Source: an uncultured Planctomycetota bacterium
Lineage (GTDB): Bacteria; Planctomycetota; PLA2; JAEUHO01
Assembly: GCA_963752285.1 (NCBI GenBank)
Contig: CAVVXN010000001.1
Span: 224,001-288,000 of the forward strand
Reading direction: 5' to 3'
Length of the DNA: 64,000 nt
Part shown: piece after piece, positions 27,001 through 36,037 of the stretch
Layout: each line of letters starts with the position of its first letter
Position numbering within the stretch: position 1 is the first letter of the stretch
Notes under the pieces: generated by a model
The model's database searches: none
What the model was told of the DNA's origin: nothing
Seen by the model: the letters and a program-made list of their open reading frames with translations, nothing else
Made by a program: the position numbers and the translations under genes

Positions 27001-27427
27001 ACCGGCCCATGGCGGGGCGCCAGAGGGGCACTTCGGAGAGGGCGCCGGGACCCGCGTGCGTGTGCGTGGCGAGGATCACGACGTCGCCGAGGCCGAGGTC
27101 CGAGACGCGCTCGCGCACCAGGTCCACCAGGGAACGGCTCACGCCCACGAGGTCGAGCGCGACGATCGCCACCGACGCCCCGCCCTCGCGCAGCACGAGG
27201 GCGCGCGCTTCGATCGGGTCGTGGACGCCGGTGCTCGGCCTGCCGTGTCGCGCGGCGTAGCCGCCGAGGGGAACGGGACCCTCCGGGGTCAGGTCCACGA
27301 CCGCGAGCCCCGCCTCGAGGCCGCCCGGCTCGGGGTCGGCCGGAGCGGACGTCCCGAACGCCGCCGCGAGCGCGAGGAGGAGGACGATGGTCGGGAGGAG
27401 CCGGGCCGCCGGGCGCGCTCGGGGCAT
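24029..27427 (-). CDS. Secreted triple fusion: neutral/alkaline ceramidase-like + C45 Ntn-hydrolase + alpha/beta hydrolase
   Basis: Signal peptide. Ceramidase motifs: GVHDPIEARALV, ATHTHAGP, AAHPT, GAMGDVSP, VPGEP. C45 motifs: EMEGIARGAG, AR/CT, LLHGSTLDW, GMVGA. Alpha/beta hydrolase motifs: GISLGG, DPV, GGH. Confidence 0.85.
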   Translation of the reverse strand: MPRARPAARLLPTIVLLLALAAAFGTSAPADPEPGGLEAGLAVVDLTPEGPVPLGGYAARHGRPSTGVHDPIEARALVLREGGASVAIVALDLVGVSRSLVDLVRERVSDLGLGDVVILATHTHAGPGALSEVPLWRPAMGRFDPALFRRTAARVESAVRRAYADLAPARVSWTRTEGLPVRNRAFPDGPVDPTVGVLAIESPGGALRAVVVHAAAHPTILGSDVTALSAGWPGALRREIERRRPGTVAIFWNGAMGDVSPVAPDDAGRDPFDRAEAFGRTVADVALRALGAPADRPAPSAGSGATRGGALRVLGTREVHAPTVASRLLGSDEDPLAPSATFALPVSRLEIAGLHLVTVPGEPTFAVGRRLGQGRSTWVLACAGDHLGYFVSRAGFYRGGYEADLSLFGPDAADRLAAAAAGEDAEADPTGGGPGGAGAPAAVPGAPVLIRAGADVPDDPPGLALGLAQGRRLRPQVRDLLRAAGGEIVDEVLGHGGGLALLPAFVATGLRPRDLVLPLLVLHARRLQRHVPPAYLAEMEGIARGAGVPYDAILLENLFLTLAEQPDKTSYLSLPARCTNVVALGDATSMGQLLHGSTLDWGLGEVLKPRVVTEVLVPAEGHPFVSVTWPGMVGALRAMGAQGIAVTEESCAAPDDTTRDGIPVNLLIRDVVQHAGSLGDAVRRAREGPGTCGYKITISDGRALDARVVEVTARHAEVRRPVGGLLLGVDPGAPPQAFEGPPDPTIPTSDGSSRRRYPAVRRVLEDRSTKIRLADVESALALEDGGVLNDGTLLAVVFEPELGRFHVARDAGVRPRGAGRGLTFADYDLADLLPPDVAARYAPPWTVTGPGDVTTRVVLDDFAGVRVERVELDSPVRSGDPGNDHFEADLFTPRAPRGAVIQLPHWKEARSAPGERLLALAFARHGYAVMLLPLPWQYDRAPEGVGSGALTLSRDLARTREAAFQGAADAKRASLWLESARGFPPDRQAILGISLGGHVASLALGAYPDRFAAGVFLLASSHPGGALFRPNGVTDRITRELLRRGVGPEEARDLLGPIDPAALARPDLADRVLLVAGDSDPVAPQSGVEALAKAWGGARVAWYPGGHQDVIRHLLSVYEEVARHLDRRLGAP

Positions 27428-27436
27428 TCCCCGATC

Positions 27437-27868
27437 CTACGGCGTCGGCCCGCGGAGCGCGTCCACCCCGGACGCGCACCAGCCGAGCGGGAGCCAGGGG
27501 CAGGTGGTGCAGATCGTGGGGAGGTCCGCGCCCCGGACCCGCTCGGTCACGTGACCGAGCACCTCGCGCCAGGGGAGCCGCCGTCCCTCTTCCAGGCCGA
27601 GGCGTCGGAGGACCTCGCGGTCCTGGGCGCGCATGTGGGCCTCGTGGTCGGGCCCCGAGAGCGTGCAGCCCCCCCGGTGGTGGGGGCACGCGTCGCAGAG
27701 GACGTCGGGGCGGACGAGCAGCAGGACCTCGCGGTCGGGGTCGAGTCGGAGGGCCTCGGCGACCACGGTCATGCGACGGACGAAGCCCTCGGAGTACCCC
27801 TTCCCCCGGTAGCCGAGGAGGCAGAGGAGGTTGTGCGCGCGAAGGGGGATCGGAGACGCGAGGTCCAC
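27437..27868 (-). CDS. DUF1284 family Cys-rich putative metal/Fe-S protein
   Basis: LRAHNLLCLLGYRGKGYS, PDVLCDACP and ICTTCPW motifs. Confidence 0.8.
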   Translation of the reverse strand: MDLASPIPLRAHNLLCLLGYRGKGYSEGFVRRMTVVAEALRLDPDREVLLLVRPDVLCDACPHHRGGCTLSGPDHEAHMRAQDREVLRRLGLEEGRRLPWREVLGHVTERVRGADLPTICTTCPWLPLGWCASGVDALRGPTP

Positions 27869-28061
27869 GGGACCGGAGTCTACGCTCCGGCCGAAAGCGT
27901 CCCTTCCGGCTGTCCTCGGCCGGGGACAGGACCATGGGCCAGGGCGTCGCCCGACGATCGCAACCCCATACGAGGAACCGGGTTATGGTCTTCCAAACGA
28001 CGAGGCCCCGGTCCGGCACGGGGCGTGAGGATCCACCCCCGACACCTTGAGGAGCACTTCG

Positions 28062-28502
28062 ATGAACGCCTCCCGCATCTCCCTCGGTTTCGCCCTCGCG
28101 CTGGGCCTGGTCTTCCTGGGGACCTCCGCCGCCGAGGCGGCGCCCGTCACGGGGCTCGTCCCCGCGCCGGCCGCGATCCACGCGGGCGGCTTCGGCGTCG
28201 GGATCGCCGTCGGCGTGCCGATCCGCGTGGCGCCGCCGCCGCGCCGGGTCGTCGTGGCCCCCTCCGGATACTGGACGTGGCGGACCGAGTCGGTCTGGGT
28301 GCCCGGTCAGGTGATCGGCTACGACGGCTGGGGACGGGCGATCCAGACGCAGGGCTACTGGACCGAACGCCAGGTCCGAATCTGGGTGAGCACCCCGGCG
28401 CCCGTGACCGTGTACCGTCGCGCGCCCGTGGTCGTGGCGCCGAGGCCCCGCGTGACGATCGGTCTGGGCTTCGGCTTCGGCTTCGGCCACCACGGGCACT
28501 AG
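28062..28502 (+). CDS. Small secreted Pro/Val-rich protein with YXWGXW-like GYW/VWVPG repeats
   Basis: GAGGAG RBS, signal peptide ending AEA, and SGYWTW..VWVPG..GYW..VRIWV. Confidence 0.75.
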   Translation: MNASRISLGFALALGLVFLGTSAAEAAPVTGLVPAPAAIHAGGFGVGIAVGVPIRVAPPPRRVVVAPSGYWTWRTESVWVPGQVIGYDGWGRAIQTQGYWTERQVRIWVSTPAPVTVYRRAPVVVAPRPRVTIGLGFGFGFGHHGH

Positions 28503-28526
28503 CCCCACGCTCCCATGGACCGGCGG

Positions 28527-28558
28527 ACGGCCCTGGACCCCTCGGGGTCCGGGGCCGT
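28527..28558. terminator. Long hairpin between convergent genes
   Basis: ACGGCCCTGGACCC-CTCG-GGGTCCGGGGCCGT, a 14-bp stem with one G-U pair. Confidence 0.55.
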
Positions 28559-28565
28559 TCGCGTT

Positions 28566-29564
28566 TCAGGCCCTCACGCGGAGCACGGCGGAGCCGCGGA
28601 CGCGGTCCTCCTCGATCGCGAGGAGCCCCGCGTTCACGTCCTCGAAGTCGTACGACGTCACCTCGGTCCGGATCGCGCCCTCGCCGGCGATCTCCAGGAG
28701 CTCGCGGCCGTCCTCGCGCGTGTTCGCCGTCGTGCTGCGAAGCGTCCGCTCGCCGAAGAGCACCGCGTCGTAGTCGATCGGCGGGATCTCGCTCATGTGG
28801 ATCGCGGCGGACGAGACCGTGCCGCCCCACCGGACCGCCCCGAGCGCCTCCAGCACGACCTCGCCCGCGGGGGCGAAGACGACCGCGCGATCGAGGGGCT
28901 CGGGGGGCTTCTCGCCCGGCCCTCCGACCCACTCGGCGCCCATCTGCCGGGCGTGCTCCTGGTGCGCTTCGCCGCGCGTGACGACGTGGACCCGGCACCC
29001 CATGTGGTGCGCGATCTGGAGCGCGATGTGCGCGGACGATCCGAACCCGTAGAGGCCGACCGTCTCCCCCTCCTCCACGTCGGCCTGCTTGAGGGCGCGG
29101 TACCCGATGATGCCGGCGCACAGCAGCGGCGCCGCCTGGAGGTCGTCGATTCCCTCCGGCAGCAGGTACGCGTACGCCTCGGGGACCTTCACGTACTCCG
29201 CGAAGCCGCCGTTCTCCGTGTAGCCGGTGTACCGGGCGTTTCGGCAGAGGTTCTCGTCGCCGCGGAAGCAGTCCGCGCACGCGTCGCAGGTCTCGTGGAG
29301 CCACGCCACGCCGACGCGTTGCCCCGGCTCGAAGCGCTGCCCGCCGCCGACGACGCGGCCGACCACCTGGTGTCCGGGGATCAGCGGCAGACGGGGCAGG
29401 GGGATCTCGCCCTGGACGACGTGGATGTCCGTGCGGCACAGGCCGCAGACCGAGACCTCGACCAGGACCTCGCCGTTCTCCGGCGTGGGGTCCTCGACCT
29501 CGTCGAGCACCAGCGGCCCCGTCCGGGACAGGGGCCCGGGCTTCTCGAGGATCCAGGCCTTCAT
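28566..29564 (-). CDS. Zinc-dependent alcohol dehydrogenase family protein
   Basis: CGLCRTDIH, PGHQVVG, CDACADC...C, PLLCAG and GLYGFG motifs. Confidence 0.92.
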   Translation of the reverse strand: MKAWILEKPGPLSRTGPLVLDEVEDPTPENGEVLVEVSVCGLCRTDIHVVQGEIPLPRLPLIPGHQVVGRVVGGGQRFEPGQRVGVAWLHETCDACADCFRGDENLCRNARYTGYTENGGFAEYVKVPEAYAYLLPEGIDDLQAAPLLCAGIIGYRALKQADVEEGETVGLYGFGSSAHIALQIAHHMGCRVHVVTRGEAHQEHARQMGAEWVGGPGEKPPEPLDRAVVFAPAGEVVLEALGAVRWGGTVSSAAIHMSEIPPIDYDAVLFGERTLRSTTANTREDGRELLEIAGEGAIRTEVTSYDFEDVNAGLLAIEEDRVRGSAVLRVRA

Positions 29565-29673
29565 GCGCGCACCCTCCGCCGGGATTCTCCCAGGTCGGGG
29601 CGCGCGGGGGAACGGGCCAATGTCCCCCCCCGGGGGGCGTCAGGGACGCGTGGGGAGCGGCGTGGCCGCTCGA

Positions 29674-32361
29674 TCAGACGTCGAGGGGGTCGAGCTTCTC
29701 GGGGTCGATCTCGAGCGTCTCGATCGCCGCAGCCACCTCGGCGGGCTCCGCGAGGCCGTCCCGGGCGAGCGCGGTGAGCGCGGCCAACGCGATGTGTGCG
29801 GCGTCCACCTCGAAGTGCCGGCGGAGCATCTCGCGCGTGTCGCTCATCCCGAAACCGTCGGTGCCGAGGGTCACGTACGTCGCGTCCACCCACGGCGCGA
29901 TCTGGTCCGCGACGAGCTTGAGGAAGTCGCTGGCCGCGACGATCGGGCCCTCGACGTTCTCGAGCGTCCTTCGGAGGAACGACACCTTCGGCTCCGCCTC
30001 CGGGTGGAGGCGGTTCCAGCGGTCCGCGCGGAGCGCGTCGCGTCGCAGCTGCTGGTAGCTCGTCGCGCTCCACACGTCGGACGACACGTCGAAGGTCTCG
30101 GCAAGCAGCTCCTGCGCCTCGAGCGCGCGCTCGAGGATCGCGCCGCTCCCAAAGAGGTTCACGTGACGGCGTCCCCGCGCGGGCGCGGACTGGTAGCGGT
30201 AGAGGCCGTGGAGCACGCCCTCACGGATCTCGCCGAGCGGGCCCGGGAGCCGAGGCTGCGGGTAGTTCTCGTTGTGGATGGTGAGGTAGTAGAAGACGTC
30301 CTCTTCGCGCTCGATCATGCGTTCGAGCCCGTCCTCCACGATCATCGCGATCTCGTACGCCCACGCCGGGTCGTAGGACCGGAGGTTCGGGATCACCGTG
30401 GCGAGGAGCTGGCTGTGGCCGTCCTCGTGCTGCAGGCCCTCGCCGTTCAGCGTCGTGCGTCCCGCGGTGGCGCCCATGAGGAAGCCGCGGCCGCGCGCGT
30501 CGCCGAACGCCCACATCAGGTCGCCCGTCCGCTGGAATCCGAACATGGAGTAGAAGATGTAGAAGGGGACCATCGGCTGGCCGTGCGTGGCGTACGACGT
30601 CCCCGCGGCCGTGAACGAGGCCATGGACCCGGCTTCGGTGATGCCCTCCTCGAGCACCTGGCCGTCCTTCGTCTCTCGGTAGTAGAGGAGCTGCTCCTTG
30701 TCCACGGGCTCGTACAGCTGACCGTGCGCGGCGTAGATCCCCACCTGGCGGAAGAGCGGCTCCATCCCGAACGTGCGCGCCTCGTCGGGGATGATCGGTA
30801 CGACGCGGCGACCGAGCTGCGGGTGCTTGATGAGCTTCGTCATGAGACGAACGAACGCCATCGTGGTGGACACGCCGCCGGGATTGGACGTTCCCTCGTG
30901 GAACTCCTCGTAGAGCGTCGCCTCGGGGAGCTCGAGTCGGACGATCGTCTTCGACGAACGTTCGGGCACCACGCCGCCGAGCTCCCGTCGCCGCTCCGCG
31001 AGGTACTCGACCTCCGGGCTCCGGGGCCCCGGGTGGTAGTAGGGCGCCTCGTGCAGCCGCTCGTCGGCGATGGGGAGGTCGAGGCGGTCGCGGAAGGCCC
31101 GGAGCTGGTCGTCGTTGAGCTTCTTCATCTGGTGCGTGACGTTCCTCCCCTCGAAGCCCTCGCCGAGCGCGAACCCCTTGACCGTCTGGGCGAGCACCAC
31201 GGTGGGGCGCCCCTGGTGGACGACGGCCATGTGGTACCCCGCGTAGATCTTGCGGATGTCGTGGCCGCCGCGCCGCAGGTCCTTGATCTGCGCGTCGGTG
31301 AGGTGCGAGACCAGCGCGAGGAGCTCGGGGGACGTGCCGAAGAAGTGCTTCCGGATGTAGCCGCCCGTCTCCGCGCGGAACTTCTGGAGGTGCCCGTCGA
31401 GCACCTCGTTCATGCGCCGGTGGAGGAGCCCGTGCTGGTCGCGCGCGAGCAGGTCGTCCCAGTCTCGCGACCACAGGACCTTGATGACGTTCCACCCCGC
31501 GCCCCGGAAGATCGTCTCGAGCTCTTGGACGATCTTCCCGTTCCCGCGCACGGGCCCGTCGAGCCGCTGCAGGTTGCAGTTGACGACCCACGTCAGGTTG
31601 TCGAGACCCTCGCGCGCCGCGACCGAGATCGCGCCGAGCGTCTCGGGCTCGTCGGACTCGCCGTCCCCCACGAAGGCCCACACGCGCGGCTCGGGGCCCT
31701 CGAGGATCCCCCGCGCGGCGAGGTAGCGGTTGAAGCGCGCCTGGTAGATCGAGTTGATGGGACCGAGGCCCATGGAGACGGTCGGGAACTGCCAGAAGTC
31801 GGGCATCAGGCGCGGGTGGGGGTACGAGGACAGGCCCTTTCCGCGCTCGACCTCGCGCCGGAAGCGGTCGAGGTGGTCCACCGTGAGACGGCCCTCGAGG
31901 TACGCGCGCGCGTAGATGCCCGGCGCGCCGTGGCCCTGGAAGAACACCTGGTCGGCCGAGCGGTGGTCCCCGGGGCCCCGGAAGAAGTGGTGGAAGCCGA
32001 CGTCGTAGAGCTCGGCGGACGACGCGTACGTGGACAGGTGCCCGCCGAGACCCGAGAACCGCACGTTCGCCCGGCTCACCATCACGGCGGCGTTCCACCG
32101 GATGATGTCGCCGATGCGCGTCTCCATCGCCTCGTCGCCCGGGAAGGCCGGCTCCTTCTCGGGGGAGATCGTGTTGACGTAGTCGGTCGCGAGGAGGCCC
32201 TCGGGCAGGCAGCCGATGCGCCGTGCGCGGTCCAGGAGGCGGGAGAGGACGTACCGCGCCCGGTTCGGACCCGCCGCGTCGAACACGTCGTCGAGGGACG
32301 CGAGCCACTCCTGCGTCTCGACGGGGTCGCTGTCGTGCTGGATGGTCTGGTAGAGCGTCAT
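29674..32361 (-). CDS. aceE: Pyruvate dehydrogenase E1, homodimeric type
   Basis: DPVETQEW, SSYPHPRLMPDFWQFPTVSMGLGP, GDGESDEPE and GRTTLNGEGLQHEDG; 895 aa. Confidence 0.97.
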   Translation of the reverse strand: MTLYQTIQHDSDPVETQEWLASLDDVFDAAGPNRARYVLSRLLDRARRIGCLPEGLLATDYVNTISPEKEPAFPGDEAMETRIGDIIRWNAAVMVSRANVRFSGLGGHLSTYASSAELYDVGFHHFFRGPGDHRSADQVFFQGHGAPGIYARAYLEGRLTVDHLDRFRREVERGKGLSSYPHPRLMPDFWQFPTVSMGLGPINSIYQARFNRYLAARGILEGPEPRVWAFVGDGESDEPETLGAISVAAREGLDNLTWVVNCNLQRLDGPVRGNGKIVQELETIFRGAGWNVIKVLWSRDWDDLLARDQHGLLHRRMNEVLDGHLQKFRAETGGYIRKHFFGTSPELLALVSHLTDAQIKDLRRGGHDIRKIYAGYHMAVVHQGRPTVVLAQTVKGFALGEGFEGRNVTHQMKKLNDDQLRAFRDRLDLPIADERLHEAPYYHPGPRSPEVEYLAERRRELGGVVPERSSKTIVRLELPEATLYEEFHEGTSNPGGVSTTMAFVRLMTKLIKHPQLGRRVVPIIPDEARTFGMEPLFRQVGIYAAHGQLYEPVDKEQLLYYRETKDGQVLEEGITEAGSMASFTAAGTSYATHGQPMVPFYIFYSMFGFQRTGDLMWAFGDARGRGFLMGATAGRTTLNGEGLQHEDGHSQLLATVIPNLRSYDPAWAYEIAMIVEDGLERMIEREEDVFYYLTIHNENYPQPRLPGPLGEIREGVLHGLYRYQSAPARGRRHVNLFGSGAILERALEAQELLAETFDVSSDVWSATSYQQLRRDALRADRWNRLHPEAEPKVSFLRRTLENVEGPIVAASDFLKLVADQIAPWVDATYVTLGTDGFGMSDTREMLRRHFEVDAAHIALAALTALARDGLAEPAEVAAAIETLEIDPEKLDPLDV

Positions 32362-32409
32362 CTCGGGCTCCGGCCCGCCCGGTCGGGCGGGCGCGACGAG
32401 CCCTGAACT

Positions 32410-33957
32410 CTACTGGCCGTCGCGGGTGCCGGCCGCGTCCGCCGCGGCGACGGCGAGGCTCGACGACGCCGCGCGCAGGCGGCACGCGGCGAGGCCCCCT
32501 TGCGGGACCGAGGGTGCGGCGCCCGACGTCCCCGCGACGCGTCCCGGACCGGGCAGCGCACCCTGGAGCCGCGCGCGCTGCGCGTCGAGGAAGCGATACG
32601 ACTCCCACGGGTCGAACGTGACGCCGCTGTTCATGATCGAGCCATCCACGGTGTCGCTGTGGCCGAGGCCCAGCGCGTGTCCGATCTCGTGCGCGATCAC
32701 CGCGGCGAGCGAGCCGGCGAACCCGTCCGCGATCCGTCGGATCCGGGTGGCGCGCTCCCCCTCGGTCGCGCCGCCGTAGAGCATCGCCTCGAGCGTCGGG
32801 ACGTCGCCCGCGTTCACCGGGTCGGAGGGCAGCGCCTCGTTCTGCCAGCCCGCGTTGAAGAAGAGCGCGACCTGGTTCGAGAACACCCCGAGGTCGCCGA
32901 TCGACGGCGTCGTGCTGTCGTTCTCGAGGAGGTCGTTCGTGGCGCCGTCCACGAAGCCCATGCCCACGACGCCCGCGGCCCGTCCGCAAAGGACCGCGAT
33001 CACGTTGTAGCGATCGGGCGTCGGCGCGAGCCACGATCCAGCCGCCGGCGCCGTGTGCCCCGCGCCCGGGCGGTCGAAGGGGAACGAGATCGCGAGGCCG
33101 TTGCCGAAGTAGCGCGCGAGGGCGTGCAGCACGGCGATCCTCGTGTAGCGTTCGGCGAGCTGGTCCGCCTGCGTCGGCGCGCGCGAAGTCGAACGGAGAC
33201 CCACCGCGTGGAGCGTCGCGTCCCAGTCGGTCGCGTAGCCGTGGTTGCCGAGCTTGCGGCCGAAGTCCACGTACCAGACGTCCGACGCGCCGTGGGCGGC
33301 GCGGAGGTCCGCGGCCGGGTTGGGGACCACGGGCAGGGCGACGGTCGTGGTCTTCCCCGTGGTGACGTCGGTCGCCACGACCACGTCCTCGGAGCGTTCG
33401 GACGACGGGCCGGGAATCCACACCGCCTCGCCGCGCGCCTCGTCCACGAGGTCGAAGGCGCCGCCGCTCCCGTGGACCGACGCCTCGAAGCGCACCTGGC
33501 CCGTCGGACCGAGCGCGACGAGGCGGACCGGGCGTCCTGCCCAGGCGTCGCCGAGGAAGAGCCCCTCGACCTGGAGCGCGAACGTGTCCACCGCGAGCGC
33601 GAGGTCGGCCGCGTCGGTCTCGACCCCGTCCGACGCCTGGACGGTGAACGGGAAGAGGCCCTCTTCCGCGGGCCGCCCCTCGAGCATGCCGCCCGAGGTC
33701 ATCCGCATGCCGGCCGGGAGGCGTCCGTCGAGCACGCTCCACGAGACCGGCGCGGCCGCGCCCGCGGCCGAGAGCTGGGTCGGCTCGTAGTCGGCGTCGC
33801 GCTGCGCGGCCGGAAGCCGCGTCGTCTGGATCTGGAGGTACGCCGTCGGCTTGGACGACGTCGTGGAGACGAACGACCCGGCCCCGCAGCCGGCGAGGAG
33901 GAGCGAGACCCCGAGGAGGAGGCCGAGCGTCGCGTGTCGAAGGGTCGGTCGGGCCAT
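32410..33957 (-). CDS. Lipoprotein with putative Ig (He_PIG-like) domain and metzincin/matrixin metalloprotease domain
   Basis: Lipobox LLAGC; WSVLDGRLPAGM..G.LEG.P...FTVQASDG; HEIGHALGLGH followed by an SIM Met-turn. Confidence 0.85.
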   Translation of the reverse strand: MARPTLRHATLGLLLGVSLLLAGCGAGSFVSTTSSKPTAYLQIQTTRLPAAQRDADYEPTQLSAAGAAAPVSWSVLDGRLPAGMRMTSGGMLEGRPAEEGLFPFTVQASDGVETDAADLALAVDTFALQVEGLFLGDAWAGRPVRLVALGPTGQVRFEASVHGSGGAFDLVDEARGEAVWIPGPSSERSEDVVVATDVTTGKTTTVALPVVPNPAADLRAAHGASDVWYVDFGRKLGNHGYATDWDATLHAVGLRSTSRAPTQADQLAERYTRIAVLHALARYFGNGLAISFPFDRPGAGHTAPAAGSWLAPTPDRYNVIAVLCGRAAGVVGMGFVDGATNDLLENDSTTPSIGDLGVFSNQVALFFNAGWQNEALPSDPVNAGDVPTLEAMLYGGATEGERATRIRRIADGFAGSLAAVIAHEIGHALGLGHSDTVDGSIMNSGVTFDPWESYRFLDAQRARLQGALPGPGRVAGTSGAAPSVPQGGLAACRLRAASSSLAVAAADAAGTRDGQ

Positions 33958-34047
33958 CGCGAGGCCCTATCGACCGGGCTCCGGGTCCCGACTTGAGGCG
34001 CTCTGCGCCCTACCCGAACGTCGCGCAAACGAGCGGAGGCGCCGCGC

Positions 34048-35487
34048 TCAGACGCTCAGGTCCGCCGGCGCGCCCAGGCGATCTCGGTACGGCGCCAGCG
34101 CCGGCGCGACCTCTTCCTCGAGGAAGCGGTCCACCTGGCTCGTCGCGAGGCCCGTGTATCGCGCGGGCTGAAGCAGGTCCTCCGCGCCGTCGAGCACCTT
34201 CGAGAACGCCTCGTCCTTCGCGAGGCGGTCGAGGAGGTCGTTTCGGTCGGCGCCGCCGAGCAGCGCCTCCTTCGCCGCCACGCTGTGACGACGGATCCGC
34301 TCGTGGAGGTCCTGCCGGTCGCCGCCCCGTCGCGTGCCGCGCATCAGGAGCTCCTCGGTCACGAGGAACGGGATCTCGCGCTCGAGGCGCGCGCGGACCA
34401 CGGCCTCGTTCACGCGGAGGCCCCGGGCCACGTTCGTGGCGATCCCGAGGATCGCGTCGGCGGCGAGGAACGACTCGGGGATGAACATGCGCCGTCCCGC
34501 CGAGTCGTCGAGCGTCCGCTCGAGCCACTGCCCCGCCGCCATGCTCGCGGCCTCGGGCACCGAGGCGAGCAGGTGACGTGCAAGCGACGTCATGCGCTCG
34601 GAGCGCATGGGGTTTCGCTTGTACGCCATCGCGCTCGAGCCGATCTGCTCCGACGCGAAGGGCTCGGAGACCTCGCCGAGGTTCGACAGCAGGCGGACGT
34701 CGTTCGCCATCCGGGTGGCGCTCACGGCGACGCCGCCGAGCGTCGCGAGGAGCGCGAAGTCCGCCTTGCGCGGGTACGTCTGGCCCGACACGGGGACGGC
34801 GCGCGCGAAGCCCTGGCTCTCCGCCACCATCCGGTCGAGGCGCCGGACCTTCTCCTCGTCGCCGTCGAAGAGCGCCAGGAACGAGGCCTGCGTGCCCGTC
34901 GTCCCCTTCGAGCCCAGGAACGGGACCTCGTCCCGGGCGCGCTCGACGGCGCGGAGGTCGAGGAGGAGGTCCTGGATCCACAGACAGACGCGTTTGCCCA
35001 TCGTCGTGGGCTGTGCGGGCTGGAAGTGGGTGTACGCGAGGCAGGCCGTGGCGCGGTGGCGCCTCGCCGTCCCGGCGAGCGCGTCGATCGCGTTCGCGAG
35101 GCCCGTCCCGACGAAACCGAGGGCCTCGCGGCAGAGGATCGCGTCGGCGTTGTCGGTCACGTAGCACGACGTCGCCCCGAGGTGGATCACGCCCCGCGCC
35201 TCGGGCGCGACGTCGCCGAACGCGTGCACGTGCGCCATCACGTCGTGGCGGAACCGCGCCTCGTACGAGGCCGCGCGTTCGAAGTCGATGTCGTCGGCCG
35301 CGGCCTCGAGCGCCTCGACCTGCGCCGCGGTCACGCCGAGGCCGAGCTCGTGCTCGGCGCGCGCGAGGGCGATCCAGAGCGCGCGCCACGTGCGCACGCG
35401 CCGTCGCTCGGAGAAGAGCCGGCGCATCTCGATGCCGGCGTAGCGCGTCGAGAGCGGGCTCTGGTACTCGTCGCGGCCGGAGCTCAC
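34048..35487 (-). CDS. purB: Adenylosuccinate lyase
   Basis: YQSPLSTRY, RHDVMAH, IHLGATS, THFQPAQ and SSAMAYKRNP; GTG start overlapping the upstream stop. Confidence 0.96.
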   Translation of the reverse strand: MSSGRDEYQSPLSTRYAGIEMRRLFSERRRVRTWRALWIALARAEHELGLGVTAAQVEALEAAADDIDFERAASYEARFRHDVMAHVHAFGDVAPEARGVIHLGATSCYVTDNADAILCREALGFVGTGLANAIDALAGTARRHRATACLAYTHFQPAQPTTMGKRVCLWIQDLLLDLRAVERARDEVPFLGSKGTTGTQASFLALFDGDEEKVRRLDRMVAESQGFARAVPVSGQTYPRKADFALLATLGGVAVSATRMANDVRLLSNLGEVSEPFASEQIGSSAMAYKRNPMRSERMTSLARHLLASVPEAASMAAGQWLERTLDDSAGRRMFIPESFLAADAILGIATNVARGLRVNEAVVRARLEREIPFLVTEELLMRGTRRGGDRQDLHERIRRHSVAAKEALLGGADRNDLLDRLAKDEAFSKVLDGAEDLLQPARYTGLATSQVDRFLEEEVAPALAPYRDRLGAPADLSV

Positions 35488-36035
35488 GTGACGGCCCCCT
35501 CGACCCGGAGGAGGACGAGGTCGCCGCTCTGGTCCTCCTTGGGCGCGACCTGCCACCGGCCCGGGCTCGCGCGGGGGTAGGCGGGGTCGGACAGCCGTTC
35601 GTCCAGGTACTGGGCGAAGTAGAAGATTGCCCGCTCGATCGTGGCCCGGATGTAGCGCGTGCCGGGGTTCAGCCCCGCGGCTTCCGTCGTGACCTGGAGC
35701 GTCTCGAGACGTCCGCCGAGGTCCGCCTTCGCGCGGCCCGCGGCGAGCACCTCGCCGAGGCTCTGCCACGGGTGGAGGTGGAGCTTCAGGCCCTCGAGCC
35801 CGGCGTTCAGGCTCGGCCAGTCGAGCGCCTCGCCGGCCTCGACCCGCCGCCAGCTCTCGCGGATCAGCTCGAGGTTGTTGAGGAGGTACACGAGCGCGCG
35901 GCGCCGCGGCCACTCGGCGGTGGAGACGAAATCGCGGTACTTGGGCGGCAGGAAGCCGAGGGCCGCGTCGTCGTCCGACCACGTCCGCTGCAGGTTGAGC
36001 AGCGAGACCCAATAGCGTTGCTGTTCGGGGTACAT
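35484..36035 (-). CDS. Hypothetical protein (183 aa)
   Basis: Host codon bias; tightly packed between the DUF2520 gene and purB. Confidence 0.7.
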   Translation of the reverse strand: MYPEQQRYWVSLLNLQRTWSDDDAALGFLPPKYRDFVSTAEWPRRRALVYLLNNLELIRESWRRVEAGEALDWPSLNAGLEGLKLHLHPWQSLGEVLAAGRAKADLGGRLETLQVTTEAAGLNPGTRYIRATIERAIFYFAQYLDERLSDPAYPRASPGRWQVAPKEDQSGDLVLLRVEGAVT

Positions 36036-36037
36036 CG

